From Pelagomonas calceolata (lineage: Eukaryota): a stretch of DNA of 64,000 nucleotides. Numbering within the stretch: the first letter of the stretch is position 1; the number at the start of each line of letters is the position of its first letter. Under the pieces are notes generated by a model that ran no database searches, was not told where the DNA came from, and saw nothing but the letters and a program-made list of their open reading frames with translations. The stretch is from the NCBI GenBank assembly GCA_918797485.1, contig CAKKNE010000004.1, forward strand, positions 4,464,001-4,528,000. Reading direction: 5' to 3'. Both the position numbers and the translations under genes were made by a program. Shown one piece after another: positions 1-12,378 of this stretch.

Positions 1-18
1 TTTAGTGAGTTATGTCAG

Positions 19-80
19 GCTCAGGCTAGTTACGTCGCGGGGTCCCCCGTACCCCTCCCGCTCCCCCCGGGCCCACCCGT
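19..80 (+). repeat. 62-bp dispersed intergenic repeat, copy 1
   Basis: 61/62 identical to 39995-40056; partial copy at 12279-12315. Confidence 0.92.
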
Positions 81-87
81 ATGTTTG

Positions 88-109
88 CTAGTATCTTACA
101 GGCCGCTAG
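88..109 (+). promoter_or_regulatory. CTAG-N14-CTAG upstream box
   Basis: CTAGTATCTTACAGGCCGCTAG, ~170 bp before ATG 281; function inferred. Confidence 0.6.
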
Positions 110-280
110 CTGAAAAATATAAAAGCCACACGCAAGGTCGCAGTTGACGCTGGCGCCAAGCCGTCGTACCATAGTCGATCGAGCGTGACAGTGGTGTGCA
201 CAAAGCGGTGAGCTCGCCGATTTTGCAATTTGCAACCCTGTAAAAGTAGATTGATAAAGCACGTGGCTGCAGACGCACTC

Positions 281-1099
281 ATGCATCGCGCACTCCCCGC
301 TGCAGCCCTCGGCTGCATAGCTGCAGTAGCAAAAAGCGCGAGAAACGACGCCGCCGACGCGCCCCCGCCGCCAGCCTACAGCCGCGCAGCGCTCGGGCAC
401 GACGCGCTCGGAGAGCGGTGGCCGCGCGACACGGCTGGCATGGTAGGCATCCCGAAGCGCGCGTGGCCGGAGCGCCAGCCGGAGATCGAAGAGGCCCCGG
501 CGTTGCGCGAACTCTTACGAGCGTGCGAGGCCAAGGGTGAGACGTGCTCGGCCGAACGCTTCGTGCTCGCCACAGCTCTCATCGGGTCAAAGGATGACCA
601 GGCCGAGGGCGCGGCCCTGTACGCCGTCGACGCCAATAATGACGCCGACGCGGCATGTGCGTTGGGCATCTGCTACCAAGGCGGGACGGGCGTCGACCTC
701 GACGAGACCAGGGCCCTCGAGCTCTTCCGCGCGGCCGTGGCGAGGCAGAACCACGCCCAGAGTCACTACGAGCTTGGGGCGATGGCCTACGTGGGCCAGG
801 GTATGGACGAGGATGAGTCGCTGGCCTTCGCGCACTGGGCCAAGGCGGCGGCCCAAGGGCACCCGGCGGCGGCGTTCATGCTGGGAGATGTGTATCTGGA
901 GGGCCTCGCGGTGCCGAAGGACGCGGACCGAGCGCTGCGCTGGTTTGTTTTTGCGGGCGACCGGGGCCACCGCGGCGCGCGGTCGCGGGCCTTCGCGCTG
1001 ACGCAGCCCGAGACCACGGACGAGGAGACGGCCTCGGGGCGCTACACGGACGGGTCGCGCATGTCGATCGCGGACCGCGTGGCTTCTTCTTCGGAGTAA
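281..1099 (+). CDS. Sel1-repeat (TPR-like) protein
   Basis: Three Sel1 repeats (AACALGICYQGGTGVDLD, SHYELGAMAYVGQGMDED, AAFMLGDVYLEGLAVPKD); first ATG at 281. Confidence 0.85.
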   Translation: MHRALPAAALGCIAAVAKSARNDAADAPPPPAYSRAALGHDALGERWPRDTAGMVGIPKRAWPERQPEIEEAPALRELLRACEAKGETCSAERFVLATALIGSKDDQAEGAALYAVDANNDADAACALGICYQGGTGVDLDETRALELFRAAVARQNHAQSHYELGAMAYVGQGMDEDESLAFAHWAKAAAQGHPAAAFMLGDVYLEGLAVPKDADRALRWFVFAGDRGHRGARSRAFALTQPETTDEETASGRYTDGSRMSIADRVASSSE

Positions 1100-1231
1100 G
1101 TACTGTGCTGTTTGTACTGAGTGCACTGAGTACGTGGTTTTTTTCGGTCCATCTGCGTGCCACGTCATCGAGCGGACGTCGCGTCGATGGCGTGGAGGTG
1201 GGCGCAACGATTCAGCACGAAGGTGTGCTTG

Positions 1232-1253
1232 CTAGTGTCTTACAGGCCGCTAG
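1232..1253 (+). promoter_or_regulatory. CTAG-N14-CTAG upstream box
   Basis: CTAGTGTCTTACAGGCCGCTAG, ~180 bp before the kinase. Confidence 0.6.
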
Positions 1254-1435
1254 CCCACGCGAGCTCGGAGCCAAGATTATCTGCCGTGGCGCCTCGCGGG
1301 CCGATCAAACTTGCCCCTCGCCTTATCAGATAGCCGGCGATTGTCCGGTGACGATTTCTAGCGCGCCGGCCGCTCAGCTTTGAGTGTTTCTCACTTGCCC
1401 GGTTTTTTCTCGCTTTGCCGGCGCCGCGGAGCCGC

Positions 1436-3035
1436 ATGCGCCAGATATTTCCGGCCCAAGCGGACATGGAGCAGCATACCACGAAAAAAGTCTCGGGCGA
1501 GAAGCGCGGCCGCCCCTCTCTATCAGCGGAAGAAACCGCCGAGCAAAACCGCCTGCGGCTCTCGGCCTCGTTCAGAACCACCATGCACCACAAGGCCGGC
1601 TCGACTCTGAAGAAATACTCTGTCTTGAGGGAGTTTGCGCTCGGCGACGAGTTAGGAAGAGGCGGCAACGCGCAGCGCCGAATCATGACCTCACCGCGAG
1701 CACCCGACTCACCGATGGATTTGCGCGCAGGCTACGCGACCGTGTTCCTCGCGACGCCGACGGCCCCGGGCGCCGCGCCGCGCGCCGTCAAAGAACTGAA
1801 CCTGAAGCGCGTGAATGACATCGCCGCGCTCGAGGACGAGATAAAGACGTTGCGGCGCCTCGACCACCCGAACGTCGTGCGCCTCTACGACTGCTACCTG
1901 ACGACCGACGACTTCTTCATGGTGCTGGATCTGTGCCGCGCGGTGTGGCAATCAACTTTCGGGCGCCCCACGCCATCGACGCGACGTGCTTCCGTAGCTG
2001 CGTCTGCTCGATGGCGTCGAGTTCCACGCCATCGACGCGACGTTGTCCCCGTGACCGCGTCAGAACCTAACTCACTGGCTGATTCCACACAGGTGCCGCG
2101 GCGGCGAACTCTTTGATCGCATATTGGCACGGGAGCACTACAGCGAACGACAAGCGAGAATCGCCTTCGCGCAGCTCTGCGAGGCCGTCGGCCACTGTCA
2201 TAGGCATGAAGTCGTCCACCGCGACGTCAAACCCGAGAACGCGCTCTACGCCGACGTCGCCGGCGCGCCGCAAGGCGAACTCTTGAAGCTCGTAGACTTC
2301 GGCCTCGCGACGTGCTGTACGCCTGGAAGAAAGCTCTATCATGTGTGCGGCTCGCCGGGCTACGTGTCGGCGGACGTGCTGTCGAGGAACGGTTACGGCT
2401 ACGGCGCGGACCTGTGGTCGCTGGGAGTGGTGTTGTACGTCATGCTTTGTGGATATGCGCCCTTCTACGACGAACGAGGCTCGAGGCGGGCGGTGAACAA
2501 TAAGATATTGGCGGGCGCGTTCGAATTCCAGAGCCCCTGGTGGGACGACATCTCGGACGAGGCCAAACTACTCATCAGAAAACTGCTCGTGCTGGACCCG
2601 CAGCTGCGCCCGTCCGCCGAGAAGGTCTTCGAGGACCCGTGGCTCCGCGACCCGACGTGCGACGTGCACATCCCGTCGTTCTCGGCGAACTGGCGCAAGT
2701 ACCGCCTCAAGCGCAAGTTCAAGGCGGCGGTCCTCGCGCTCGTCGCTAGAGATAGGATGCTCAACATCACGTTCACGCCTGGTTCGGTCGCGTCGCTCCA
2801 GTCGCGGCGGAGCAGCCTCGACTCGCTGCCGTCGGACCCGACGCCGCTCAATCGCATCCGAACCTCGAGCCTCAGCGGCGGGGGCATGACGAACCTCGGC
2901 GCGGTACAAGGGGACGGAATCGCCGGGATTGATTCATTGGACATGGCGGTCATGGGCCGGGGGCTCTCGCACGCGTTGGGCGACCAGCCCATGTCGATGA
3001 GCATCGACGACATCGGGTTCTCGGAGCGCGGGTGA
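1436..3035 (+). CDS. CAMK-family Ser/Thr protein kinase, 3 exons (introns 1665-1730 and 1933-2092)
   Basis: Splicing restores LGRGGYATV and LDLCRGGELFDRI; HRDVKPEN, DFG, CGSPGY, DLWSLG motifs; basic CaM-binding-like helix RLKRKFKAAV. Start may be 1436 or 1466. Confidence 0.9.
1665..1730 (+). mobile_element. Short degenerate introner-like GC-AG intron (66 nt, in frame)
   Basis: GCAACGCG (1665-72) vs GCTACGCG (1731-38) is a 7/8 direct repeat; ends CAGCGCCGAATC...GATTTGCGCGCAG; removal restores the kinase Gly-loop. Confidence 0.7.
1933..2092 (+). mobile_element. Introner element / intron with perfect 8-bp TSD
   Basis: GTGCCGCG at 1933-40 and 2093-2100; element 1941-2092 has TIRs CGGTGTGGCAATCA...TGATTCCACACAG and internal CACGCCATCGACGCG palindromes; removal joins the two kinase ORFs in frame. 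Confidence 0.9.
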
Positions 3036-3164
3036 GTCGTCGTCAAAGCCCCTACCGCCTACTCTGCCGTGCCGGGGGTTGTGTAACATACTACAAGTAC
3101 TTGCAAAAGAAAGGGTGCTTACAAAAATGGAAAGGATGGTTCGAGAGAGTGAGGAGGGCGATGC

Positions 3165-6100
3165 TCAGAGGAGAAGCGCACCGGCGGCGGCCGCCGCGGC
3201 GCCGAGCGCGAGAGCCGGGGCCGTGGCGGCGTCCGACGCCGCCGGGGTCGGCGTCGGTGGCGCGGTGGCGGCGACGCCGCAGCCCAGACCCTCGTTGCAG
3301 GCCGTGCGTGCTGCCGTGCTCCACTCGCACGTCGTGAAATCGGTTTGGGTCTGCGCCGCCGCCGCGACCGCGGCGTCCGAGAGCGTGCCGCTAATCGCGG
3401 CCAGGAGCTCGGCCGTCGTCGCGACGACGCCGTCCGACACGATGGTCGCCTCGACTGACGCATAGAAGTCGGCCGTCGTCGCGTCCCCTAGAAACGCGGC
3501 GAGGGCCCCGCGCCAGCCGGAGCCCTCGGGCACGTCGCTCGGCCAGCCGTTGACGTGGTCGATTGGACCGTAGGGGATATCCGTGCGCCGCCAGAAGCCG
3601 CGCTCGGCCGACGTCCAGAAGTCGTGGATCGTCGCCGCGCCGCCGCGGCCGAACTTGGCGTCCGCGCGGGTAATTGCCATCGCCACGGCAAACGCGCCGA
3701 GGTCGTAGTAGATGTAGCGGTCCTGCATGCCTTGGCCCTCGCCGTGCGTCGACGGGCAGTCGTCGCCGCAGCAGCGGTCGTTGGCCCAAAGAGTAAACCA
3801 GGGCACGGTCGGGTCGTCGAGGTAGAGCTGGCGCACATTGTTGAGAATGCCGCCGCCCCCGCCGCCGTACTGGAAGCACTGGGAGAAGGAAGAGTAGTAC
3901 GAGCCGGTGAGCTCCGGGCCGAGCCAGCACTCGTTGAAGACGGCGCCCCCCTCCATGAGCCTGCGCGGAAACATGAGCCGATGACAATTCGACGCGTAGG
4001 AGAGGCCGCCGCGACGGCGTGATGATTCGAACGCCGCGCGACCGACCAGTCCGCCATGGGGCCGCCGCTCGCCTTCTGGACGACGTGCGTGTACTCGTGT
4101 ATAGCTCGCTCCGCCACCATGGTCGCGTCGTCGGACGTGCTCGGCATCATAAACATGGGGGCTCCGGCGTACGTATACTCGCCGCACACGCAGCTCTCCT
4201 TGCCGCTCAGATAGTACTGCCCGCCCCCACTTTGCGCCGCCGAGCGCTCGGAGTCGCCGCACTCGCTCCAATCATAGCCGACGAACTGACAATAATCGTC
4301 GATGAGAGCGCTATATACATCGTCAGCGCCGTTCGGCTCGAGCAGGTAGATGCGCGTGTCCGACGCCGTCCCGAGCATGCTTCGCGTGAGGTCGACGCCG
4401 GTCTCGGCGCCGGCCCGCAGCGCCGCGGGGAAACCCGTCGACTGCACGTAGAGGGGTTCGTTGTCGTCGTTGACCGTGAGCGAGGAGTAGGCGGCCGGCG
4501 CGTTGCAGTCGCGCCGGTCGCCGCACCACGACGATCCGTCGTCTTCGTCGTTATACGACGCCGGGCACTCGTCCGGGAGCGCCGTTATGGAGTCGACCGT
4601 CATCAGATAGCCGTCGCTGTCGCCGACGTCCATCAGGCACTCGCAGGCGGACTGGCAGTAGCACTCGCTCGCGCCGTTCCAGTCGACGGCCACGAGGCTG
4701 GCACCATACGTGGCCTCGCAGAGCGCCCAGCAGTCGTCGCCGGTCGCGGAGCCGATCTCGCGGTCGAGCGACGAGTAGCACCAGCCCGCGCCGCTGCCCC
4801 AGTTCGTCGTCGTGGCGGGCACGTTGTCGTCCGTCGCAGCACTGTTGTCGTCCGTGGTGGCGTCGGCGCTGTGTTGGCACTGCCCCGCCATTTGAGAATC
4901 GTCGCTCCAGAGCGCGCCGAGCGCATTGCAGTCCTCCTCGCTGATAAAAGAGACGCAGTCGAACGCGTTCTGGTTCTCGCCGTCGGGCTGGATCGAATAC
5001 CGCGCGACGAACGGGCTCCAGCAGCAATTCGCCGTGACCTCCGCCAGGGTATTGCCGCACGACGAGTCAGCGAAGCTCGCGCCGTAGCCGTTGATGCAGC
5101 AATCGCCCTCGGCCGCCGCGTCCTCGACGCCGTCGCCGTCGAGATCATTTTCCGGGGTGGCATAGAACGCGACGGAGTGGGGGCAGCCCCCCATCTGGCC
5201 GAGGCCAATCGGGTCGTCGTCGCCCCCGCTCCAAGTCGCCCCGTAGGAGTTGCAGTCCTCCTTGCTGATGAAGGAGACGCAGTCGTAGTGTGTCGTCTCT
5301 TCGCCGCTGAACCCGAGATGGTAGCGCGCGACGAAGGGGCTCGGGCAGCAATTCGCCGTGACCTCCGCCAGGGTACTACCACACGCGGTATCGAAGCCGA
5401 CGCCGTATTGGCTGATGCAGCAGGAGCCCTCTGGCGCCACGTCCTCGACGCCGTCGCCGTCGAGGTCGTTGGTGAGGGCGTCAGCTGTAGCAATAAGGAC
5501 AAACAATGCGGCAAAGACAAGGCAGAGGCTGACCCGGTGGCCAGCTGCGCCGTCGGCGTCCGGGGACGCCTCTAGTGCCGGCGTGCCCACGGGCGATGGC
5601 GTCGGAGGCAGCGGTTCTTGCAGCGGTTCTTGCCAGGCGCCAATACACCATACTCCGCAGTAAGTCTCGCACTGATCTCTTCCGTTCCAACAGGCCTGGA
5701 CCGTCGACTGCGCCGTGCAGACGCCGCAGTCTCCGGCCGAGCAGCAGTAGCCCGGAGCTGCCGACGGACTGCTCGTCGGGCGCGGCGTCGGAGCGAGATC
5801 GTTGGTAACGTCGCAGTTCCCGTCCGGGAGGACTGTGATGCCCATCGTATCGATCAACGTGGAGAGAGCCGGCGCGTCGCTCCGCATCAGCGCCGGCGTG
5901 CACGGCTCCCACTCGTCGTCGATGTTGGCGCAACGGTCTTCCTGCGCGCCGAGCAGCGACGTAACGCCCCAGTAGAGGCCCTCCGTGATGAGGCAGCCGT
6001 AGTCGCAGGTCGTGTCGGAGTAGTGAAATTTTCCGGTGCACGAGCCCTGCACGAACGAACCGTCGCTGTAGTCCTCGCAGCCCTCGTCCAGCCGCCGGCC

Positions 6101-6829
6101 GCCGCAGGCGCCACCCTGCCACCAACACTGGCCCCCGTCCCAGTCGCACTCGCACGCCGCCGAGTCGTAGCTCTTGCACTGATCCTCGGAGAAGCCGGAT
6201 TCCTCGCAGAACGCCTCTCCGGAGGCAACGTTGGCGTCGTCGGTATTGTGAGCGTCGTCGCCGTCTTCGTCCTCGTCGCCACTGCCGCACTCCCACGACA
6301 TCTCGCAATCCCCTATCACGGCGTCGACTGCGTCCGCCAGCGTCGTTCCCGAATACTCCCCAAAGTCGCTCGGATAGGCATTGGCGTACCCGTGCTGCGT
6401 GATGAGGTGCAGGACTTCTTCCAGCGAGGCGTCGAAGTAACTGGCTCCGTCGAAGTACGCCGTCTCGCTCGCGTAGACATCTTGCAGCGCGCGGTCGCCG
6501 AAAGAGCCACCGCTATCGTCGATGGCGTCAAAGACGTCTTCGACGTCGCTCTCCGTCGCTCCCATGATCATCGCCGCGCTCAGAGACGTGAGCGCGGACA
6601 CGACGTTTGGGTCGTCGGCGACGCCGTCGCGGTCCTGGTCTAGGTACTGATCCATCACGCAGGCAGCGTGCTGCAGCGCGGCCGCTGGAGTATTTTCTGT
6701 GGCGAAGAGATCGACGCCAAACGATGACAGCTGCTGCGTGAGAATTGCAGGGGCGGAGGAGTCTATGGTCGTGTGGGACGTGACCGCAGCTAATGCCGCG
6801 GTCGGCAGCAGTACGCAAAGGCTGTGCAT
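3165..6829 (-). CDS. Large secreted/GPI-anchored Cys/Asp-rich protein with zincin-like metallopeptidase motifs; intron 3961-4046
   Basis: Signal peptide; EEVLHLITQHG..EGLYW; two NDLDGDGVED Cys-rich repeats; IHEYTHVVQ..WLMEG restored across a GT-AG intron; PT stalk and hydrophobic C-terminus. Confidence 0.75.
4880..5470 (-). repeat. Tandem duplication of a ~100-aa Cys-rich module within the CDS
   Basis: NDLDGDGVED..CCI..YG..CG.TLAEVTANCC.SPFVARY..DCVSFIS.EDCN occurs twice. Confidence 0.85.
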
Positions 6830-6971
6830 GGTCGATCAGTGTGACTTGCAGGCTGCCCCGGCTCACGGCAAGACAATCTCTTGGTCTGAAATGACGCGTT
6901 AATGGCCCAAGCAGGGCAGCCCTGGCCTCAGGCAGCCGGCTCAACACACACTCCGCCGCCGGGAAGATTAG

Positions 6972-6993
6972 CTAGCGGCCTGTAACGCACTAG
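6972..6993 (-). promoter_or_regulatory. CTAG-N14-CTAG upstream box
   Basis: Reverse complement CTAGTGCGTTACAGGCCGCTAG, ~140 bp before ATG 6829. Confidence 0.6.
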
Positions 6994-7111
6994 TAATCGG
7001 CGCATTGGGCACTTTTGCCAGTGGCTCGGTAGTCTCGGCCGGCTTAGCCAATTTTTTAGGACCTTGTATTTCTTATCTTTCACGCTGACACAAGAACGCC
7101 GTTCTCGGGCT

Positions 7112-7681
7112 ATGGATGGGACAAATAATAGCTCCCAGACACTGCAGAGCCTCAGTCCCGACAAGCGGGAAGACCTAGAGCACGAGCTCCGGCCCGAGGC
7201 GTTGGCCTCGATCGCGCGGGAAGAAACCGCCGAGGCCTCGACGAACACCACGCACGCCGCGGTGTCGCCGAAGACGCGCGCCGAGACGGCATCGACGGGA
7301 CTGGTGCCGCCGCATGAGAGCTCGACGCACACGGACCGGGCCGTGCGCACCGAGGCCTCCGTCGACGACAAGAGCTCGCTCGCCATCGACTTCGAGGGCG
7401 AGGGCGGGTTCCTGGAGGCCCCGAAGCGCGCGCGGCCGACGAAGGCGCCGCCGAAGCACCTCGATCGCGTCCGCCGCTTCTACGGCCAGTTTCCCACGAG
7501 CAGGTGTGTGGAGGCCATGGTGAACGGGATATTTTATAGAGTGCACGGCAGCGTCGTCCAGGGCGCGCCGGCCGTGGCGCAGACGCGCTGCGTGATGACG
7601 ATCTTCAGCCACCCGACGCGGATCGCCGAGGCGGTCGACGAGCTCTGGGGTGGGGCGTTGCGGTACGAGGAGGAACTGTAA
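7112..7681 (+). CDS. Hypothetical protein
   Basis: ATG-initiated ORF with GC3-rich codons; no family recognised. Confidence 0.5.
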   Translation: MDGTNNSSQTLQSLSPDKREDLEHELRPEALASIAREETAEASTNTTHAAVSPKTRAETASTGLVPPHESSTHTDRAVRTEASVDDKSSLAIDFEGEGGFLEAPKRARPTKAPPKHLDRVRRFYGQFPTSRCVEAMVNGIFYRVHGSVVQGAPAVAQTRCVMTIFSHPTRIAEAVDELWGGALRYEEEL

Positions 7682-8089
7682 AAATAGATGTGTTATTCGT
7701 CCCGTCACGCACGCGTCGATGGCGTGCTCCAGCCTAGCCCCTGACGGGCTATCCGCCAAGCCGCGCGTGTCGCGGACTGAGAAAAGCTGCGGAGCTACTG
7801 ACAAACCGGCCTTATCTCTCGAGAAAAAGACCAGAGAGCTCCCGACCCGTCGCTTGCAGCCATCCGCATCCGACGGGGCTAGTCGATACGCCCTCTAGCT
7901 CGATACAAAGAGAGACGCGCTCTCTTTGAAATCTCACGCCCAAGACAGCCACCGGTGCCGCGCGTGCGTGTGCGCTGCCCACCAGGCATATAGATAACGC
8001 CTGCGGCCCAAAAATTTGAACCGCGCGCGCGCACGGCCAAACGAAGCCACAGAGCCAGGGCGCGCGCCAACCCAAAAGCAGCCAAAGAA

Positions 8090-11000
8090 ATGGCCAAAAA
8101 GAAGTCCAGCGCCGCCGCCGCCACGACAGGCGCCCCGGCCCGGCGCGCGGCGAGCGACGCGCAGCAGAAGAAGCGCCCGGCGAGCGGCGACGACGCGCCC
8201 CAGCAGCCGCCGCGCAAGAAGTCGGCCAAAGAAAGCGCTCAAGCGGCGGCCAAACGTAGAGCGTCCCAGGACTTCGCCCCCTTCGCGGACCTCGTATCCT
8301 TAGAGCCGCGGGAACTGGCAAAACGACTGGAGCAGGCCCAGACCGCCCTCGGCCACACGCGCCAGGAGGACGCGCGGCCGCGCGGTCTCGCCAAATTAGC
8401 AAGACAGCTCGCGACGCCGGAGATCTCGGAGCACCGTTCTACCTCGGTACGGTTGTGGGCGGCAACGTGCGTGTGTGAAGTCCTTAGAATCTTCGCGCCG
8501 AACGCGCCCTATGGGGACGGCGAATTACTAGCTGCGTTCCGATTATTGGGAGCTGCTTTGAAAGCGGCGGGCGCCGCCTCGAACGGGCGCGACGGCGATC
8601 TCGCCCGGAGGCAAGCTAGACATGTTATCGAGTCGCTCAGACAGTTCCAGTCCGCTTGTGCATTGACGGAGCTCTACGCGTCCGGCGCGGAGGGGTCCCA
8701 GAACGGTTTATTAGATTTCTGCGATGCTCTACTACGAAGCGTCTCGGGCGAGACGTCGTCCGAGTTACGGGATGCTACGTTAGACGTCATGAGTGGGGTG
8801 GTGGCGCAATTGGACGCCATCCCCGACGGTCTCGTGGAACTACTATTAGTATCGTTACTCCCGTCGGGCCGAAAGGCCGCCCCGACGACGCATTGGCTCG
8901 CGCAAGCAGTGGTGAGGAGAGGCGCCGACGCCCTGACGCGACCCGTGGCCGCCTGGTTGAATGGTTGCCTCTCATTGTCCCCGACGGAGGGCATCGTCAC
9001 GCCGGAAAACGAAAAGAAAAAAAAAAGAAGAAGGCGCTCGGACGACTCGTCGTCGTCCTCAGAGGAAGACGAAGAAACGCCGCTCAAGCGCATCGGCCAG
9101 GACACGCTGGCTAAGTCCGACGCGTCCGGCGCGAACGCCTACGCGTTGGTTTTTGAGGTCCACCTCGCGGAGCCGCGCATGTTACTGTATACTTTACCGA
9201 AAGTGTCAGAAAGGTTACTCGCGGAGGACGACCGGACGCGAGAAGCGACGCTCACCTTACTCGGAAGACTGTTCGCCTCGCCGAAGGAGGACTACGCGTC
9301 GAGCTACCCGGGCATCTATCAGGAGTGGTTGAGACGGTTCCACGACAAGTGTAGTGAGGTGAGATGCGCCATGGTCCGCGTTTCTCTCAGAGTGGCCGCC
9401 GCGAAACCTCAGCTAAGAGCCGCATTGATAGAGCAATGCGCAGAACGTACACAAGACAAAGATTGGGAGGTGCGACGAGCGGCCACGCGATCCCTAGCCG
9501 ACGCGATGCTCGACACGGCCCCGTCCGGCCTGAAGGATTCATCTGGAGGCAAGGACTGGGACGTCGCTTGCGAGTCGTTGAGACGAGTCGCCAAAGATAA
9601 AAGACCGGAGATCCGGAAGGAGTGTTTGACGGGACTGGCTACTCTATTCAGGGCTCATGTTTCCGATAATTGGGAAGATAGTGAAGAGGCGTTGAACGCT
9701 ACATGTTCAAACGGTCTGAAGCGCTTGGGATTCGTTCCTTCTCTACTAGTCCAAAGCTACGCGTCTTCCGTAAATGTGGGAGAGGTGTCGGAGCGGGCTC
9801 GGTTACTCTTGGACGACCACATGTTGGATAGTAAGTCTGATGATGATATGCGGGGCTGCGCGTTCGTTTCCACTGTGGCTTCATCAGTGATTGAGGATAG
9901 TGTGGAAAGTTCGCTGGGGGCGTTATTTGCGCGGACGGCCGTGTCGCAGCGGGCCCTTTCTGCGCTGTTAGATGCTATCGAGTCGGCGCGAGCGTCGGAA
10001 GACAAAACGAGGGCCAACCAAGTCGTGAAAACTGCGGTGGAGGACGTGGTGCGCTGCCTTCCGGGTCAGAACGCAAGGACCTTAGTGCAACAGTTAACCC
10101 AAGCGCGCGACCGGAAGATCTTTCGCAGTTTAGCTACGTCGAATGACCTCACGAAAAGTAGGGACGTGCGACGAGCCGCTCGCGATGATGCTGTGAAGAG
10201 GATCGCGGCGTCCGGCAAGCGCGACTGCGCGTCGTACGTGTCCAAGCTGCTGAAGAAGACGGGCGACGCCGTCCTCGACGCGCAGTCGTTCTCTGCAATA
10301 TTACAGAGAGCTTCCCGAAGCGATGCTGACAAAGTCGTGCTCCGAGGCGCTACCTTAGCCTGCACGTTGCTAGCTCAAAGGCACCCTTCATTACTAGCGG
10401 CTTCGTCAGAGGCTGTGGTCGCTTTTACTACTGCGTCCGCGGACGCTCGTCATCCACAAGCCTTCACGGCTGCGGCAAGGGCGTGCCAGGCCATCGGTTC
10501 GAAGGCCAAAGACGCCGATTCATCTCTAAGAAAGGTCGCGACGGCGCAAGGAAGTTGGCGCGGCGACGACGATGATGATGAGGACGGCTTCCTCGCGGCG
10601 TGCGCCAAAGAAGGTGTGGCGGCCTTAGCTTCACTACATGACGAGACCGGAGGTTCTACGATTCTCGACGCGTTGGACGACAAGAGCGACGACTGCTGGA
10701 TCTACGGTGCGTCTCGGTTGCTGGCGAGGTTGCGAGCTCTGACACGAGTTGTGGAACTCTTCCCGGAAGACATCGCGACGTCTGATGTTGTTACTCGCGT
10801 AAAAACGTCTCTCATCGACCAGCGGCCGCCGCCGGACCTCGCCTTCGATGAGAATGAGGGTAGATCTTCGTTAAGTGGTTCCGACTTCGGCCGGCCGAAG
10901 AATGATCAGGCTTTCGCCGAGGCGTTCCTGGCGTTACGAGCGGCCCTGAAAGTCGTTACGGCGTGCGCGAGACCTCTACAAGACAAGGAATGCGGCCGCG

Positions 11001-12194
11001 AGAAAGCAGCAAGGCAAGATGCGTTCGACCTGTGCTTCAAAGTTATTGAAAGCGACGGCGAGCCGCCCTCGGGCGCGCAGTGTACTTCGGAGGAGCGAGC
11101 CGAGTTACGCCTGACGGCGGCGTCCAATGCCCTAGCTTTATGTTGCGCCAACAAGGAGGCCAATAGGGAGTTATCTGCATCAAGGTATGCGTCGTTAGCT
11201 TCGGTGCTCGTCGATAGGGACGATGTGGTGCGCAACAAGTTCGCACGGAAACTCTCGCAGGCCGTATCTAGTGGACAGGCTAGTTTCGCGAAATGGGCCG
11301 GCGCGTTAGTGTTAGTTGCGTTGGCGCCCGCGTCTGGAAGTGACGAGAAGGAAGAAAAACGCAAGGCCGTCGCCATGGCTTCTCGAGCTTTGAGAGTCGC
11401 CGTCGCGCGCCAACGTAGAAGTCATGCGCAAGCGATCCGAAGACTGCCGCCAGGGGCCGGCACGAACGAGGTCGATCGTCTGGCGACGCGGTACCTGCCG
11501 GACTACGCGTTGCCCTACGCGGTGCACAACATCGCTCGAACTACAAGAGACGACGCCAAGGTCTCCAAGGCCTTGTTGTTACTGTTGGAGCCGTTAGTAG
11601 CTACAGCGGGCGACAAGGGCGTCGCGTTTCTGCTCGCGGCGTGCGCGGACATGTCCGGCCACGACGACGCGTCCGGTTCGGGCCCGTGTCCTTTTGATCA
11701 TATTCGTGTCTCTTCATGAGCCCACGTCGCGCCATCGACGCGACACCTTACGGGTTTGCGTCCACGCAGGCGGCGACAACACTCGTAGATTAAGAGCCAC
11801 GGCGTCGCTCGGCGCCGAGGTCGTGAAGAAGCACTTCGTCAAGAACGTCGACGCCCTGGGCGAGCACCACGGCGCCGTCTACCTGCCGACGCAGCTCTAC
11901 AAGGAGTCGAGCGATCCGCACGCGCTGATCGAGGCGCGGCGCAAGTCGTCCGAGCCGTCTTCGGTGAAGAAAGGACGGAAGCCGGCGGCCAAGAAGCCGG
12001 CCCGGAAGCCCGCCGCGAAGCGGGCCCGCGACTCCTCCGACGATTCGTCGGACGGCGAGGTCATCCACGCGACGTCGGCGGCGGACCGCGCCGCGCGCCG
12101 CAAGTCGTCCAATGAAGGTGTGCGCCGCGCGGCCCAGAAGAACCAGGTGCCCGTGCGCGAGTTCGACAAGGAGAACTCGTCCACTTCGGCCTGA
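8090..12194 (+). CDS. PDS5: Sister chromatid cohesion protein PDS5 homolog; intron 11676-11769
   Basis: CVCEVLRIFAPNAPY, WLRRFHDK..VR, HEAT repeats, LPDYALPYAVH, YLPTQLY and a basic C-tail; GT-AG intron containing GCCATCGACGCG joins the 1209-aa ORF to the 11770-12194 exon in frame. Confidence 0.9.
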
Positions 12195-12278
12195 TCAATC
12201 CCCTTTCCCCTTCCCTCTGCGGCACAAGGCCGAGTCCCCGCTCCGGAGCGGGTGGGGCGTAAGAGGCGCTTCTCGTGT

Positions 12279-12315
12279 GCTCAGGCTAGTTACGTCGCAG
12301 GGTCCTTACCCCTCC
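12279..12315 (+). repeat. Partial copy of the 62-bp repeat
   Basis: GCTCAGGCTAGTTACGTCGCAGGGTCCTTACCCCTCC. Confidence 0.8.
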
Positions 12316-12356
12316 TTCTCTGGTGGTATGGCGATGTACTCTCGCGGGCCGCCTCC

Positions 12357-12378
12357 CTAGTGTCTTAAAGGACGCTAG
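12357..12378 (+). promoter_or_regulatory. CTAG-N14-CTAG upstream box
   Basis: CTAGTGTCTTAAAGGACGCTAG, ~185 bp before ATG 12562. Confidence 0.6.

Noticed and set aside
4019..6643. Long + strand ORFs 4019-5575 and 5618-6643, and similar antisense ORFs elsewhere (14161-15147, 29985-31268, 33274-34743, 51559-52800)
   Set aside because: Stop-poor shadow frames of GC3-rich genes on the opposite strand
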